DNA of 59,178 nucleotides, filler included. It is 5 parts of 5 records of this genome, joined end to end, with 100 filler letters (N's around TTAATTAATTAA, not from the genome) between each part and the next. Parts side by side here need not be neighbours in the genome. Positions count along the whole stretch, not along the records: positions 1 to 17,499 come from SRR2962707_1700; positions 17,600 to 22,895 come from SRR2962707_1708; 3 more parts are not named here. One strand, 5' to 3'. Position numbers and translations under genes: made by a program. Positions 9,053-19,614 of the stretch are shown in pieces. Under the pieces are notes generated by a model. It ran no database searches. It had not been told where the DNA came from and saw only the letters and a list, made by a program, of their open reading frames with translations. Each line of letters begins with the position of its first letter. The stretch's first letter is position 1.

Positions 9053-10374
9053 GGTTGACTCCTGATCCTCTGCCTGACCTGTTGCAACAGCGCCACCATG
9101 GCCACGCATTGAGCGCGGTCGGCGGGGGTTTGCTCCAGGACTTGGGAAAGCGTGTGTTCGGGGATGTCCAGACGCTTGGCGGTCAACGCCAGGGCCTTGA
9201 CCGGGTCCGCGTGTTGCAGGGCGATGCGGCGCTGGACCTGATGGCGCAGGGACGCCAACAGCCGGTCGCTCTGGCCGGTGCGCCAATGGAAATGGCCAAT
9301 GGCCCGCAAATGACCGAGATAATCGGTGTGCTGGCGGGCCGGATCGCGCCACAAGGGCCCGCGGCGTGGCAGCCGCCGCCACAACCAGAATGCCAGCGCC
9401 AGCACCAGCGCCAGAATGAGGGGCCAGAATCGCTCCCACAGCCATATTGGCAGCGGCGGGATATCGATTCCACGTACGAACCATACCGGTCCCCGGGCAG
9501 TCAGGTCGGCCAGCAGCCGGGCGTGGTCAAAATGGTGCAGGTGCTGGTTGTCCCACAGTCCCAGCTCGGTAAGCACGGTGACGGTGCCGCCGCCCACCCG
9601 GAAACGCAGCAGGGTTTCGCCCGCCTCGTTGCTGGCGGAGGCTTCCAGTACCTGCGCCGGCTCGCCGGTGGAATCGTCTATCGGCAGGGGGGTGTAAAGC
9701 AGCCGTATCGGCGTCTCGCTCTGCAGCAGCCGTGGCTGGTCGCCCAGATTGTGGGTCGCCGCCGGCGGCTGCCAGTGTTGCGGTGCCTGACAGGTGAGGA
9801 CCTCGCATTGATGCAGCCGCTCCTCGGAGGCATCACCACTAAGGCAATACTCCAGAAACCAGTCTTCCATCGGCCGGAAACGGTCGAACAGCAGGGCCAG
9901 CGGGTCTTCTTCATTATCCTCGCGGGGCAGGGCCTCTACCTCCACCTCGAACAGGGACAGCAGCGAGTCCGGATCGCGGCGCCGCGTCTCGTTCTCGTCC
10001 TGTTCCGTTTCCTCCTCGGCGAACCAGCCGCTTGAGGGCGGCAGGTAGCGCGCGGCAATGATCAGATTGCCGCCATCGTGGACCCAGTTGAGCAGATCCA
10101 ATTGCCGCTCGTAGCCCAGTGAGCCGCGATCGCCATCGAGGATCAGAGTGGTATCGGTGTCCGGCAACGGAAACAGGGCGCGGGTGCTGAAGATACGGCG
10201 GCTGGGCCGTCTCCAGTGGTCCAACAGCTGTTGCGCGGCGAGGTACGGATTATTACGCACGCTGGCGTCCGGTGAGGCCGGCGCGGCGTATTGCACCGGT
10301 ACCGTGGCCCAGAAGTAGCCCGCCACCAGGGCCACCAGCAGCACCAGCACAAGATAGGGCCACCAGCGCTTCAT
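9049..10374 (-). CDS. DUF4350 domain membrane-anchored protein
   Basis: N-terminal TM, NPYLAAQQLL, LLNWVHDGGNLII, GGGTVTVLTELGLWDN...DHARLL, C-terminal TM. Canonical position in the MoxR cluster. Confidence 0.8.
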   Translation of the reverse strand: MKRWWPYLVLVLLVALVAGYFWATVPVQYAAPASPDASVRNNPYLAAQQLLDHWRRPSRRIFSTRALFPLPDTDTTLILDGDRGSLGYERQLDLLNWVHDGGNLIIAARYLPPSSGWFAEEETEQDENETRRRDPDSLLSLFEVEVEALPREDNEEDPLALLFDRFRPMEDWFLEYCLSGDASEERLHQCEVLTCQAPQHWQPPAATHNLGDQPRLLQSETPIRLLYTPLPIDDSTGEPAQVLEASASNEAGETLLRFRVGGGTVTVLTELGLWDNQHLHHFDHARLLADLTARGPVWFVRGIDIPPLPIWLWERFWPLILALVLALAFWLWRRLPRRGPLWRDPARQHTDYLGHLRAIGHFHWRTGQSDRLLASLRHQVQRRIALQHADPVKALALTAKRLDIPEHTLSQVLEQTPADRAQCVAMVALLQQVRQRIRSQP

Positions 10375-11864
10375 GATGCCGCCTCCGCGCTGCTCAATTG
10401 TTGCCAGCGCCGCAGCAGTTGGCGCGCCTGTTCCGGCGTCACCGGCTGATGGGCCCAGGCGATGCGGGTCCATTGCCGTATCAGGTCGCCGAGATACGTC
10501 ACTCTGGCATCGTCACCGAGCAGACGCCGGTAGGCATTCAGACAATCCCGCTCGGTGGCGCCGGGAGTGAGCCGGGTGGGGTGGCTCTGAAACAGGGCTA
10601 CCAGGGCGTGGCGCAGCAACAGCGCCAGCGCGGCGCGCACATCGTCACCGGCCAGCGCCTGCTCCACATCGCTACCCAGGTCGTCCGGCAAGGACTCGGC
10701 GCGGGTATCCAGCCCCGCCACGCTCACCGGCATCTCCATGGGCTTGGAACGTCCGCCTTTCAGAGCGCCGCGGTTGCGGAACAGGGCCAGCAGCAGGAAC
10801 ACGATCAGGGCCACCAGCACCAGACTGGCGAGGACCGTGACCAGCCGATCCGGCAGTTGCCAGTCACCGCCAGCGCGGTCGCGATCCGTATGGTCACTGT
10901 TGAACAACTGATCAAGCAGGCGGTTCCACCAACTGTCCTTGTCATCGCTGCGCAAGGAAGGGCGCAGTTGGCGCTCCTCGCGGATTTCCACCGGCATGAA
11001 CCGCTCGCCGGCCAGTAGTTCAATGGCCGCTTGTTTGGGGTCTTCCGGTTCGGTTTGTGCCGCTGGTGCCGGATGCGGCATCACGGTAAGCATCAGCAGC
11101 AGTGCCAGGGTGGTGACGCCGAGCACCCGGCGGCGCCGGCCGATGCGGTCCAGCCCCAATTGCAGATCCCAGCCTTCCAGCCAGGTGCGCTGATTAAGAT
11201 AAAGGGAAAAAGCGGCCGCTACGTAAAGCGGCTCGGTGATGGTCAGCGTCAGATACCAGGCCAGTGCCGCCAGACTCAGATGCAAATAACTCTGTTCGCT
11301 GAACCAGACGCTGAATTCCATGTTGAAGTCCCAGGGCACCAGCGTCAGCACCAGCACCATCAGACCGGTCAGCAGCACTTGTTCGAGGGTCACCATCAAC
11401 GCCATGAGCGTGCCGGCCCGCTGCCCGGGCGGACTCAGCAGCACCTGGATGCGGGACGAGGCCTGGGCGCCGCGGCAGCCTTCCAATTGCCAGATGCCGG
11501 TCAACAGACCCCGGAACGGGCTCAGCCGGCGCCAGGTCAACTGTCCGGCCAAGCCGTTCAGGCCATAGGCGGGGAAGCGCTTGAGCAGGGTCCAGGCGCC
11601 GGGGTAGTCACCGAACAGGGCATGGCTGAAGAAGGCCAGCAGCGGTCTTTCCCACAGTGGCTTCAACCACCAGAACAGCACTATCGGCCACAGGCTGTCC
11701 AGGCCAATGGACAGGGCGCTGAGCAGGGTATAGGGCAGCGCCGTGAACAGCAGCCATACCAGCGTGACCTGACGCCACCAGCGGCGATAGAAACGGGTGC
11801 CCAGATCCATGGCCTGCCAGGGGGAACGGGGCGCCAGGCGGGCGCGCAGGTTATTCAGATCCAT
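10371..11864 (-). CDS. DUF4129 domain membrane protein
   Basis: RSPWQAMDLG, WWLKPLWERPLL, LYLNQRTWLEGWDL membrane domain. C-terminal GATERDCL...WTRIAWAH. Confidence 0.8.
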   Translation of the reverse strand: MDLNNLRARLAPRSPWQAMDLGTRFYRRWWRQVTLVWLLFTALPYTLLSALSIGLDSLWPIVLFWWLKPLWERPLLAFFSHALFGDYPGAWTLLKRFPAYGLNGLAGQLTWRRLSPFRGLLTGIWQLEGCRGAQASSRIQVLLSPPGQRAGTLMALMVTLEQVLLTGLMVLVLTLVPWDFNMEFSVWFSEQSYLHLSLAALAWYLTLTITEPLYVAAAFSLYLNQRTWLEGWDLQLGLDRIGRRRRVLGVTTLALLLMLTVMPHPAPAAQTEPEDPKQAAIELLAGERFMPVEIREERQLRPSLRSDDKDSWWNRLLDQLFNSDHTDRDRAGGDWQLPDRLVTVLASLVLVALIVFLLLALFRNRGALKGGRSKPMEMPVSVAGLDTRAESLPDDLGSDVEQALAGDDVRAALALLLRHALVALFQSHPTRLTPGATERDCLNAYRRLLGDDARVTYLGDLIRQWTRIAWAHQPVTPEQARQLLRRWQQLSSAEAAS

Positions 11865-12816
11865 GACGCCCCGCGAACAGCAAATAGACGTAAAGCAGGG
11901 CCCAGCTGATACCGCCGACGGTGTATTTGATCTGGGCGTCCAATTCCCGGGAGGACCAGAACGCCTCGATCATCGCCGCCAGCACCAGCAACAGGAACAC
12001 GCCGTACATGACCGGCAGGGTTTCCCGCGCCGCCCGGCGCAAGGCATCCACCCGTCGCCAGGAGCCCGGCGCCACCAACGACCAGCCCAGGCGCAGCCCG
12101 GCGCCGCCGGCCAGCACGATGGCGGTCAGTTCCGGCGCCCCATGGGCAATGACGAAGGTGTAGAACGGCTGCCCGGCGCCCACCAGGGTCAGGTGGGCGG
12201 CGGCGGCGCCGAGGAAACTGCCGTTGAACAGCATCACCACCAGGGAGCCGATGCCGAACAACACCCCTCCAGCGAAGGTGCGGAAAGCGATGCCGACATT
12301 GTTGTAGATGTAGTAGCCGAACATCATCAGATCGTCGGCCCGATTGCGGTCGCTGCTGTCGCGCAGATCCGGGTGGTACATGTTTTCCAGATCGCTGACA
12401 CCATTGCCGTCCACCACGGTATGCACCAGCTCCGGGTCGTGCAGGATCATCGCCGCGACCAGTCCGGCGGAGAGCAGGAAGGTGAGGGCACTGATCAGAT
12501 GCCAGCGCCACATGGCGCGCACCGCGCGCGGGAAGTCACCGCGCAGGAACGCCGCCAACCTCGGCATCAACGGTGCCCGGTGACGGTAGAGTTGGCGATG
12601 GGCACGCAGCATCAGGTCGTTCAGGTAGTCCTGCAGCACCAGGCTGTAGCCCCGTTCCCGCGACAGCGCCAACTGATGGCACAGGTCCTGGTAGTCGCCA
12701 GTGAAGCGCGACAGGTCCACGTTCTTGGGCCGCTGCTTTTTCTCCAGCGCCGTCAGGCCCTGCTCAAGGCGATGCCACTGGGGTTGATAGCGCTGCTCGA
12801 ACCGGCTTTGTCTCAT
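11851..12816 (-). CDS. Stage II sporulation protein M (DUF95) family membrane protein
   Basis: MRQSRFE, YIYNNVGIAFRTFAGG, FVIAHGAPELTAIVLAGGAGLRLG, AAMIEAFWS. Confidence 0.88.
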   Translation of the reverse strand: MRQSRFEQRYQPQWHRLEQGLTALEKKQRPKNVDLSRFTGDYQDLCHQLALSRERGYSLVLQDYLNDLMLRAHRQLYRHRAPLMPRLAAFLRGDFPRAVRAMWRWHLISALTFLLSAGLVAAMILHDPELVHTVVDGNGVSDLENMYHPDLRDSSDRNRADDLMMFGYYIYNNVGIAFRTFAGGVLFGIGSLVVMLFNGSFLGAAAAHLTLVGAGQPFYTFVIAHGAPELTAIVLAGGAGLRLGWSLVAPGSWRRVDALRRAARETLPVMYGVFLLLVLAAMIEAFWSSRELDAQIKYTVGGISWALLYVYLLFAGRHGSE

Positions 12817-13476
12817 GTCGCCCCCAGTACGTGATTGACCACCCGGCGTAACCGGGCCAGGGCGGCATCATCGGTGAGTTCCGGGTAAGCCAGTCTGGCC
12901 AGTTCCCGTTGACGGTCCTCGGACAGCCGCAAGCCCCGGTCATGAAAGGCCAGCAGCACCAACTGATCGCCACGGTCCAGCGGCCAATCCGGTGGCTCTC
13001 CGCCGCTGTCACCGGGAGCGGGGCGGGTTTGCGGCGCGGGCACGTGAATCACCAGGGTGTCGGCGGCAAGATCGCCCAGCCGTTGTTGGCGAGAGGAAAC
13101 CAGCATCACCACGAAGCCGGTCAGGTAGGCGAACGGGAACAGATCAGCGGTGCGCAGCAGATTACGCACCAGCGAGCCGCTCAAGCCCACCGGAGCGCCG
13201 TTGCCGTGCACCACCGCCAGGCCCATGGCCGCCTTGCCCGGCGTGCGCCCCTGCCGGAACACCTCGAACAGCACCGGGTAAAACCATTCCAGCAGGAACA
13301 GCAGCAATAGATAAAGACCGGAACCGCCACGGCCCAGCAACATCAGGGGCGTGGCCACCACCATCAGAATCAGGGCACGGATCATCAAATCGATACCGTA
13401 GGCCATGCCGCGCGGCAGCGGCCCGGCCAGGGACAAGGTCAGCCGCGCGCCTTCCGGCGTATCAATATGCAGACGT

Positions 13477-13496
<20 letters not shown>
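12813..13496 (-). CDS. RDD family membrane protein
   Basis: IDTPEG, AGPLPRGMAYGID, GRTPGK, RNLLRTAD, QRLGDLAADTLV. Confidence 0.88.
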
Positions 13497-14764
<1,268 letters not shown>

Positions 14765-14951
14765 GGCCTCGCTCCCCTTGCGAAATAGTGGGCGGTGCCG
14801 TCCCCGTAATCGGCGGCGCACGCGAAAGCCCTCGATTGTACGGTAGTGGGCGGCGTTTGTGGGAGATTCCATGTGCCGCGGGAAGATGGTAGGGGACTCT
14901 TGCCTCTGCTTTTTCGTGGTGACCCGGTGAACGATGGGAAAAAAGAAACCG

Positions 14952-16265
14952 ATGACGGACAAGGACGAGACACCGCTGATTCCCTTTCGTGTGCGCATGC
15001 AGTCGCTGGTGGCGTTTCTGCGTTTACTGCGGCGCCAGTTCGTCGAGGACGGCTGCCTGTCATCGGCGGCGGCGCTCACCTATACCACCTTGTTCGCCAT
15101 CGTTCCGGTGATGACGGTGATGTTCACCGTGATATCGGCGATTCCGGCGCTCAATGAACGGGGATTGGCGATTCGTCAGTGGGCGTTTCAGTATTTCGTG
15201 CCGTCCGCCGGTGACCAGATTCTTCGCCACCTGGAAGGCTTCTCCCGGCAGGCCACCAACCTCACCGTTGTGGGCGCCTTGTTCCTGGTGGTGACCTCGG
15301 TGTTGATGTTGCGCACCATAGAGCAGTCCTTGAACCGGATCTGGCGTATCGGCAAGCCGCGCAAGGGGCTGACCAGCCTGATGATGTACTGGGCGGTGTT
15401 GTCTCTGGGCCCGATCCTGCTGGGCGCCGGCCTGGGTATCAGTTCCTATCTCACTTCCGTTTCCCTGGTTACCGATACCGTGGCGTATCTGGGGGGCGAC
15501 CGTTTCTGGCTGCGCGCCTTGCCGGTGGTGATGACCACCGGTTTACTCTCGCTGCTGTATATCGTGGTGCCGAACACCTCGGTGCCGATTCGCCAGGGCA
15601 TGCTCGGTGCCTTGCTGGCGGCCTTGGCGTTTGAACTGGCCAAGGGCGGGTTCGCGTTCTTCATCCGGCAGGTGCCCAGCTATCAGGTCATCTATGGTGC
15701 CTTCGCCATGGTGCCGGTGTTTCTGTTGTGGATTTATATTTCCTGGATCATCGTTCTCGCCGGCGCCGAGCTGGTGCGCGGCCTGGTGGTGTTCGAGGAG
15801 TTTCGGCGCCGGGTGCCGCGCACCCAGTCGCTGCTGCGATTGCTGTGCGTGCTGTGGACACGGCAACGTAACGGGGAAGTGCTACGTCATAATGAGGTGC
15901 AGCGCGTACTGCGGGAAGCCGGCGTCACCCATTGGGATGAATTCCGCAATCTGCTGGAGGATCGTGGATTGATGCGCCGCACCGACGAGGGCGGTTACAT
16001 GCTGAGCGGAGATTTACGTTCGTTGACCCTGGCGGAGCTGCTCGCCATGTTACCCTGGACCAGCGAGCAGCAACTGAGCGTCAATGCCCAGGGGCTGGAG
16101 CCCTGGGAAACGGTGCTCAAGGCACGCTGCGATCAGGCGCGCGAAGGCATGCGTGAACCCTTGTCGTTTCCTCTGGAAACGCTGTTCGAGAATCAGTTGC
16201 CGGAAACCGGCCCCGATCCCGACCTCAGTGATGAGGGGGCCGGTCATCGAAAAGAGGACGAATGA
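14952..16265 (+). CDS. yihY: YihY/virulence factor BrkB family inner membrane protein with C-terminal winged-helix-like extension
   Basis: AAALTYTTLFAIVP, IEQSLNRIW, YWAVLSLGP, YQVIYGAFAMVPVFLLWIYISWIIVLAGAE. Confidence 0.9.
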   Translation: MTDKDETPLIPFRVRMQSLVAFLRLLRRQFVEDGCLSSAAALTYTTLFAIVPVMTVMFTVISAIPALNERGLAIRQWAFQYFVPSAGDQILRHLEGFSRQATNLTVVGALFLVVTSVLMLRTIEQSLNRIWRIGKPRKGLTSLMMYWAVLSLGPILLGAGLGISSYLTSVSLVTDTVAYLGGDRFWLRALPVVMTTGLLSLLYIVVPNTSVPIRQGMLGALLAALAFELAKGGFAFFIRQVPSYQVIYGAFAMVPVFLLWIYISWIIVLAGAELVRGLVVFEEFRRRVPRTQSLLRLLCVLWTRQRNGEVLRHNEVQRVLREAGVTHWDEFRNLLEDRGLMRRTDEGGYMLSGDLRSLTLAELLAMLPWTSEQQLSVNAQGLEPWETVLKARCDQAREGMREPLSFPLETLFENQLPETGPDPDLSDEGAGHRKEDE

Positions 16266-16537
16266 TCATGATTGCCCGTCAAGTGGTGGTGCGCGGCCGC
16301 GTTCAGGGCGTGTATTTTCGTGCTAGCACCTGCGATGAAGCCCGCCGCCATGGCGTGGTGGGCTGGGTTCGCAATCTCGAGGACGGTGGCGTGGAAGCCT
16401 GGCTGGAGGGCAGCGAGGAGGCGGTCAGCGCCTTACTGGCCTGGATGCGCCGTGGCCCGACCCGCGCGCGGGTCACCGATGTGACGCAAACCGAACGCAG
16501 CCCGAGGGACTACGAGGACTTCGAGGTATCCCGGTGA
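16262..16537 (+). CDS. acyP: Acylphosphatase
   Basis: VRGRVQGVYFR, GWVRNLEDGGVE, GPTRARV. Confidence 0.93.
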   Translation: MIMIARQVVVRGRVQGVYFRASTCDEARRHGVVGWVRNLEDGGVEAWLEGSEEAVSALLAWMRRGPTRARVTDVTQTERSPRDYEDFEVSR

Positions 16538-17433
16538 AACAGGTTGAACTGGTGAATGGCGATCTGCGCTTTCCGGCGCTGCTGACCGGTGACGGCGAGC
16601 CGGTATTGTTGCTGCATGGCTTTCCGGATACCCATGAGAATTGGGCCGATATCATGCAGCGGCTGGCGCGCGCCGGCTATACCGCGGTGGCCCCGGCATT
16701 GCGCGGATACGCTCCCTCCTGTCAGCCGGGCAGTGGCGACTATGCGTTGACCGCCGCGCTGGAGGATCTGATGGCCTTCACCGATCAGTTGGGCGGGCGT
16801 TTGCACCTGGTCGGCCACGATTGGGGCGCGGTGCTGGGCTACCTGGCCTGCGCGCGCTACCCGGAAACCTTCAGCACTTTTTCCGCGCTGGCGATACCGC
16901 CTTTGAAGCGTTTACCCCAGGCGCTGCTGCGGGTGCCGGAGCAATTAGGGCTGAGTGCCTATATTCCGTTTTTCCAACTGCCACTGGCGGCGGAGACCTG
17001 GCTCAACCGCAACGACCTGGACGGTGTCGCGACACTGTGGCGGCGCTGGTCGCCGGGCTGGGAAGCCGGCCGCTATCTGGAGCAGGCCAAGCACACCCTG
17101 GCCCAACCCGGCGTCTTGTCCGCCGCCCTGGGCTGGTACCGGCACTTGCCCCGGCTATGGCGCCGGGACCTGCGTCAGGCCAGCAAGACACTGTTGGGAG
17201 AAACCCGGGTTCCGACCCAGGTGTTGCTCGGCGAAAGCGACGGCTGCATGAGCCCGCGCCTGCTGGACCACACCATCTACCCCGGTGACTTCCCGGAAGG
17301 CCTCTACGTCAAAACCCTGGCCGACGCCGGCCACTTCCTGCACCTGCAACAACCGGATGCCGTGGCGGAGCTTTTGGTGGAGCACATTCGAAAAGAAGAG
17401 AAAAAGCAGTTAAGAGTGAATAGGGAACAGTGA
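16534..17433 (+). CDS. Alpha/beta fold hydrolase (epoxide hydrolase-like)
   Basis: LLHGFPD, APALRGY, LVGHDWGA nucleophile motif, AGHFLH. The last codons come from a heptamer repeat array. Confidence 0.9.
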   Translation: MKQVELVNGDLRFPALLTGDGEPVLLLHGFPDTHENWADIMQRLARAGYTAVAPALRGYAPSCQPGSGDYALTAALEDLMAFTDQLGGRLHLVGHDWGAVLGYLACARYPETFSTFSALAIPPLKRLPQALLRVPEQLGLSAYIPFFQLPLAAETWLNRNDLDGVATLWRRWSPGWEAGRYLEQAKHTLAQPGVLSAALGWYRHLPRLWRRDLRQASKTLLGETRVPTQVLLGESDGCMSPRLLDHTIYPGDFPEGLYVKTLADAGHFLHLQQPDAVAELLVEHIRKEEKKQLRVNREQ

Positions 17434-17444
17434 ATAGTTAACAG
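17403..17444 (+). repeat. Third heptamer tandem array
   Basis: AAAGCA-GTTAAGA-GTGAATA-GGGAACA-GTGAATA-GTTAACA-G. The 26 nt at 17419-17444 are identical to 6544-6569. Confidence 0.8.
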
Positions 17445-17476
17445 AAAAAAACCAAAACAGGTGACCTTTAGCCACT

Positions 17477-17499
17477 GTGGGAGCTTGCCTGCAAGCGAA
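17477..17499 (+). repeat. REP unit at contig end
   Basis: GTGGGAGCTTGCCTGCAAGCGAA with palindrome GCTTGC-CT-GCAAGC. Same family as 1591-1659. Confidence 0.75.
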
Positions 17500-17599
17500 N
17501 NNNNNNNNNNNNNNNNNNNNNNNNNNNNNNNNNNNNNNNNNNNTTAATTAATTAANNNNNNNNNNNNNNNNNNNNNNNNNNNNNNNNNNNNNNNNNNNN
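17500..17599. other. Artificial contig spacer
   Basis: 44 N + TTAATTAATTAA (stops in all six frames) + 44 N. Confidence 0.99.
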
Positions 17600-17838
17600 T
17601 TCGTGAGCGAGCGAGCGAGTGAGTGAGTGCACAACGCGCTTTCATCCTATTCACCTTTTTCTCCGTAAATCCGCGTGAAACCGCCGTTGTTGCGCGGGAG
17701 GGCACTCTTGACTCAACGGCGGTGGTCCTCGAAAACTGGCCAAAAAACTCGGACAAAAGCGGAACGAATTGGAAACTGGGAAGCTGGCTGCGTGAACCGG
17801 GGACCCCTTCGTTCGACGGGTTCTGTCGTGCTGCTGAG

Positions 17839-19459
17839 ATGAGCGGAGAGACCGTCACGCAGGTTGTGGCACAGCCAGCTTCGGGGGGCGAAATTGCCCC
17901 GCGTGCAAGGCGGCGTTTGCCGGAACGTGGACGAAGCGGTGCCTCTGTTTCAGCCGATGAAGACGTTCAAGCTTTCAACGACGTTGTCGCGCAGGCTTTT
18001 CCTACAGGCGAGCGTGTAGTGCGGATCGTCAAGTGAGTGGAGCAGAATTCCTGCGCCCGCCAAGTGTTGTCGGGTTGGAGTTGGGGTGCTTCTTATTCGT
18101 GTTGTGTGCCTCGCCGCATTTGCTTTGAGTGCTTGATGATTGTGTTCATGATGAGTGGTGCACATGTGCTTGTTGGTTGACATTTCTGGACGCTGACGGC
18201 GTATTCAACACTGCAACTTACCGGTAGATGCGTTCCAACAGATGACATCCCAACAGTTGTCGCAACTCCTTTGCCCAAGGTTCGCAAAAGTCAAATAGGA
18301 GCTGTGTGTTCGCTACAAGGCGCTACGCCCTCGCCTTTGTCTGTGTTTGAGAAATGGCAACTGCAGACTGACGCGATCTATCTGCTGTGTATGATCTCAG
18401 GTACAGAAGTTGCTCAAGATTTTGAGCGCTGTCTCGGAGCTGGAAAACGATGTTACAACGTCGAGTGGGGCTGCCATTGCAAAGATATTGGGGCTTCTGA
18501 ATCGTGTCACCGCCACTCGTATCAACCAAAAGGTGCCCTGTTGTTTGATAACATGGTGTGTCGTGCCTCAGCTGTGAGATCATCACATTGATTTCGCGCT
18601 TTCGAACTTGCTGTCTGCACGAAAATAGCTGAAGTGGGAAGTTAACCAGGACCAAGAGAAAGAAATAGACAACGTCGTGCTGGACGAAAACCAACAGAAT
18701 GCTTTTGACAAGTTAGTCCAGCTCAGCGATTCCAAACTACTTGACAAAATACGGTCGGTTTTGTGTTCAAGCGAGTGCTATTGATGAAAAGCAGCACAAT
18801 TTCAAACAGGCTCACCAATTTTAGTGAACCATACGTCGCAGGATTGCTTTGGATGACTTTGGAGTCAGACAGAGTGAGGTCGCGAACACCATTGGTGTGT
18901 CGCAAGGTCGTATTTCTCAACTCCTTACTGGGAAGGCCAATCTGCCAGAAAAGTGCAAACAAGATTTGGTCAGTTCATGCGGCATTGTTCGGCAGTATGC
19001 TTCCAAGTGCAAAATAATGGCAAGTGACGAAAAAAATGAACCTTCGAGGTCATCATTGCGTGCAGGCATTGTGGTTCGTTCGAGCAAAGGCTCGGCAAAA
19101 ATCTGAGTCGTCGCGTGGGTCTCGAAGCCTCTCGGCGAAGCGAAAGCGAGCCATCGAATGGAAGCATTACCCGTCGGCGACAGCCCTGCTTGCGGAACAT
19201 TTTGATTCAACGAGTCGGTACCCCGGCGCACAGGTTTGTTCGTCGACAACGTGTTGATACTCCAGGCCCGAAAAAAGGGTGTCTGGTGACTCATGGGTTG
19301 GTTGACCACTTGTAGGCTCTTAAGCAATTAACTGCAGAGGTGAACGATGCGATTCAGACAGAAAAGCCGGGTGCGGGATTGAAGGTAATTCCTCGTATTG
19401 TTGCAACTTGGTTTTCCAATCGGCGGAAGCGGTTGCGGCTCTTCGGGCGAGGACCGTAG
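17839..19459 (+). CDS. Spliced eukaryotic homeodomain transcription factor, HNF1/HMBOX1-like architecture (313 aa, 7 exons)
   Basis: Exons 17839-18032, 18228-18279, 18401-18532, 18629-18753, 18842-18968, 19066-19233, 19316-19459. All introns are GT-AG and in phase (942 nt total). Product contains DKIRIALDDFGVRQSEVANTIGVSQGRISQLLTGKANLPEKCKQDLALWF and KRKRAIEW...LLAEHFDSTSRYPGAQALKQLTAEVNDAIQTEKPGAGLKVIPRIVATWFSNRRKR. Exons 1-3 are less certain than exons 4-7. Confidence 0.8.
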
Positions 19460-19514
19460 GCGATTGTCTCTCTTCATTTCGCTTGCAACAAGCCAGGTGA
19501 CATTCCAACTTCAG

Positions 19515-19540
19515 TTTATAATTTATAATTTATAATAATT
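19515..19540. promoter_or_regulatory. AT-rich (TTTATAA)x3 tract between convergent genes, candidate 3'-end/polyadenylation signal
   Basis: TTTATAATTTATAATTTATAATAATT in the 155-nt gap between stops at 19459 and 19615. TTATAA is palindromic. Confidence 0.35.
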
Positions 19541-19614
19541 CCTCCACGAATGAAAGACTCGCCTTGAAAACGTGCAGGAGCTCATGGCTCGGAGAGAGGG
19601 ACTTCAGCCTCCAT

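Noticed and set aside
8081-9484. N-terminally extended MoxR (467 aa); similarly extended ArsC, BolA and AroK ORFs
   Set aside because: The extensions overlap neighbouring genes or lack conserved sequence. Internal starts with stop/start overlaps or RBS fit family lengths.
67-12834. Long antisense/alternate-frame ORFs (e.g. 512-1726, 7850-9058, 11797-12834; likewise 29351-30433, 54513-56003, 57454-58539)
   Set aside because: Shadow ORFs opposite well-supported genes in GC-rich DNA, with no recognisable motifs.
17544-17555. TTAATTAATTAA palindrome repeated four times, and ORFs ending in ...XXXLIN
   Set aside because: Artificial all-frame-stop linker inside N spacers; not biological.
17604-17628. 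(GAGC)n(GAGT)n microsatellite at contig start
   Set aside because: A short simple repeat, common in eukaryotic DNA, and not a telomere-type array.
18849-19106. 85-aa ORF resembling a phage Cro/C1 repressor (prophage hint)
   Set aside because: The HTH part is bounded by splice sites and is exon 5 of the homeobox gene. No phage genes are nearby.
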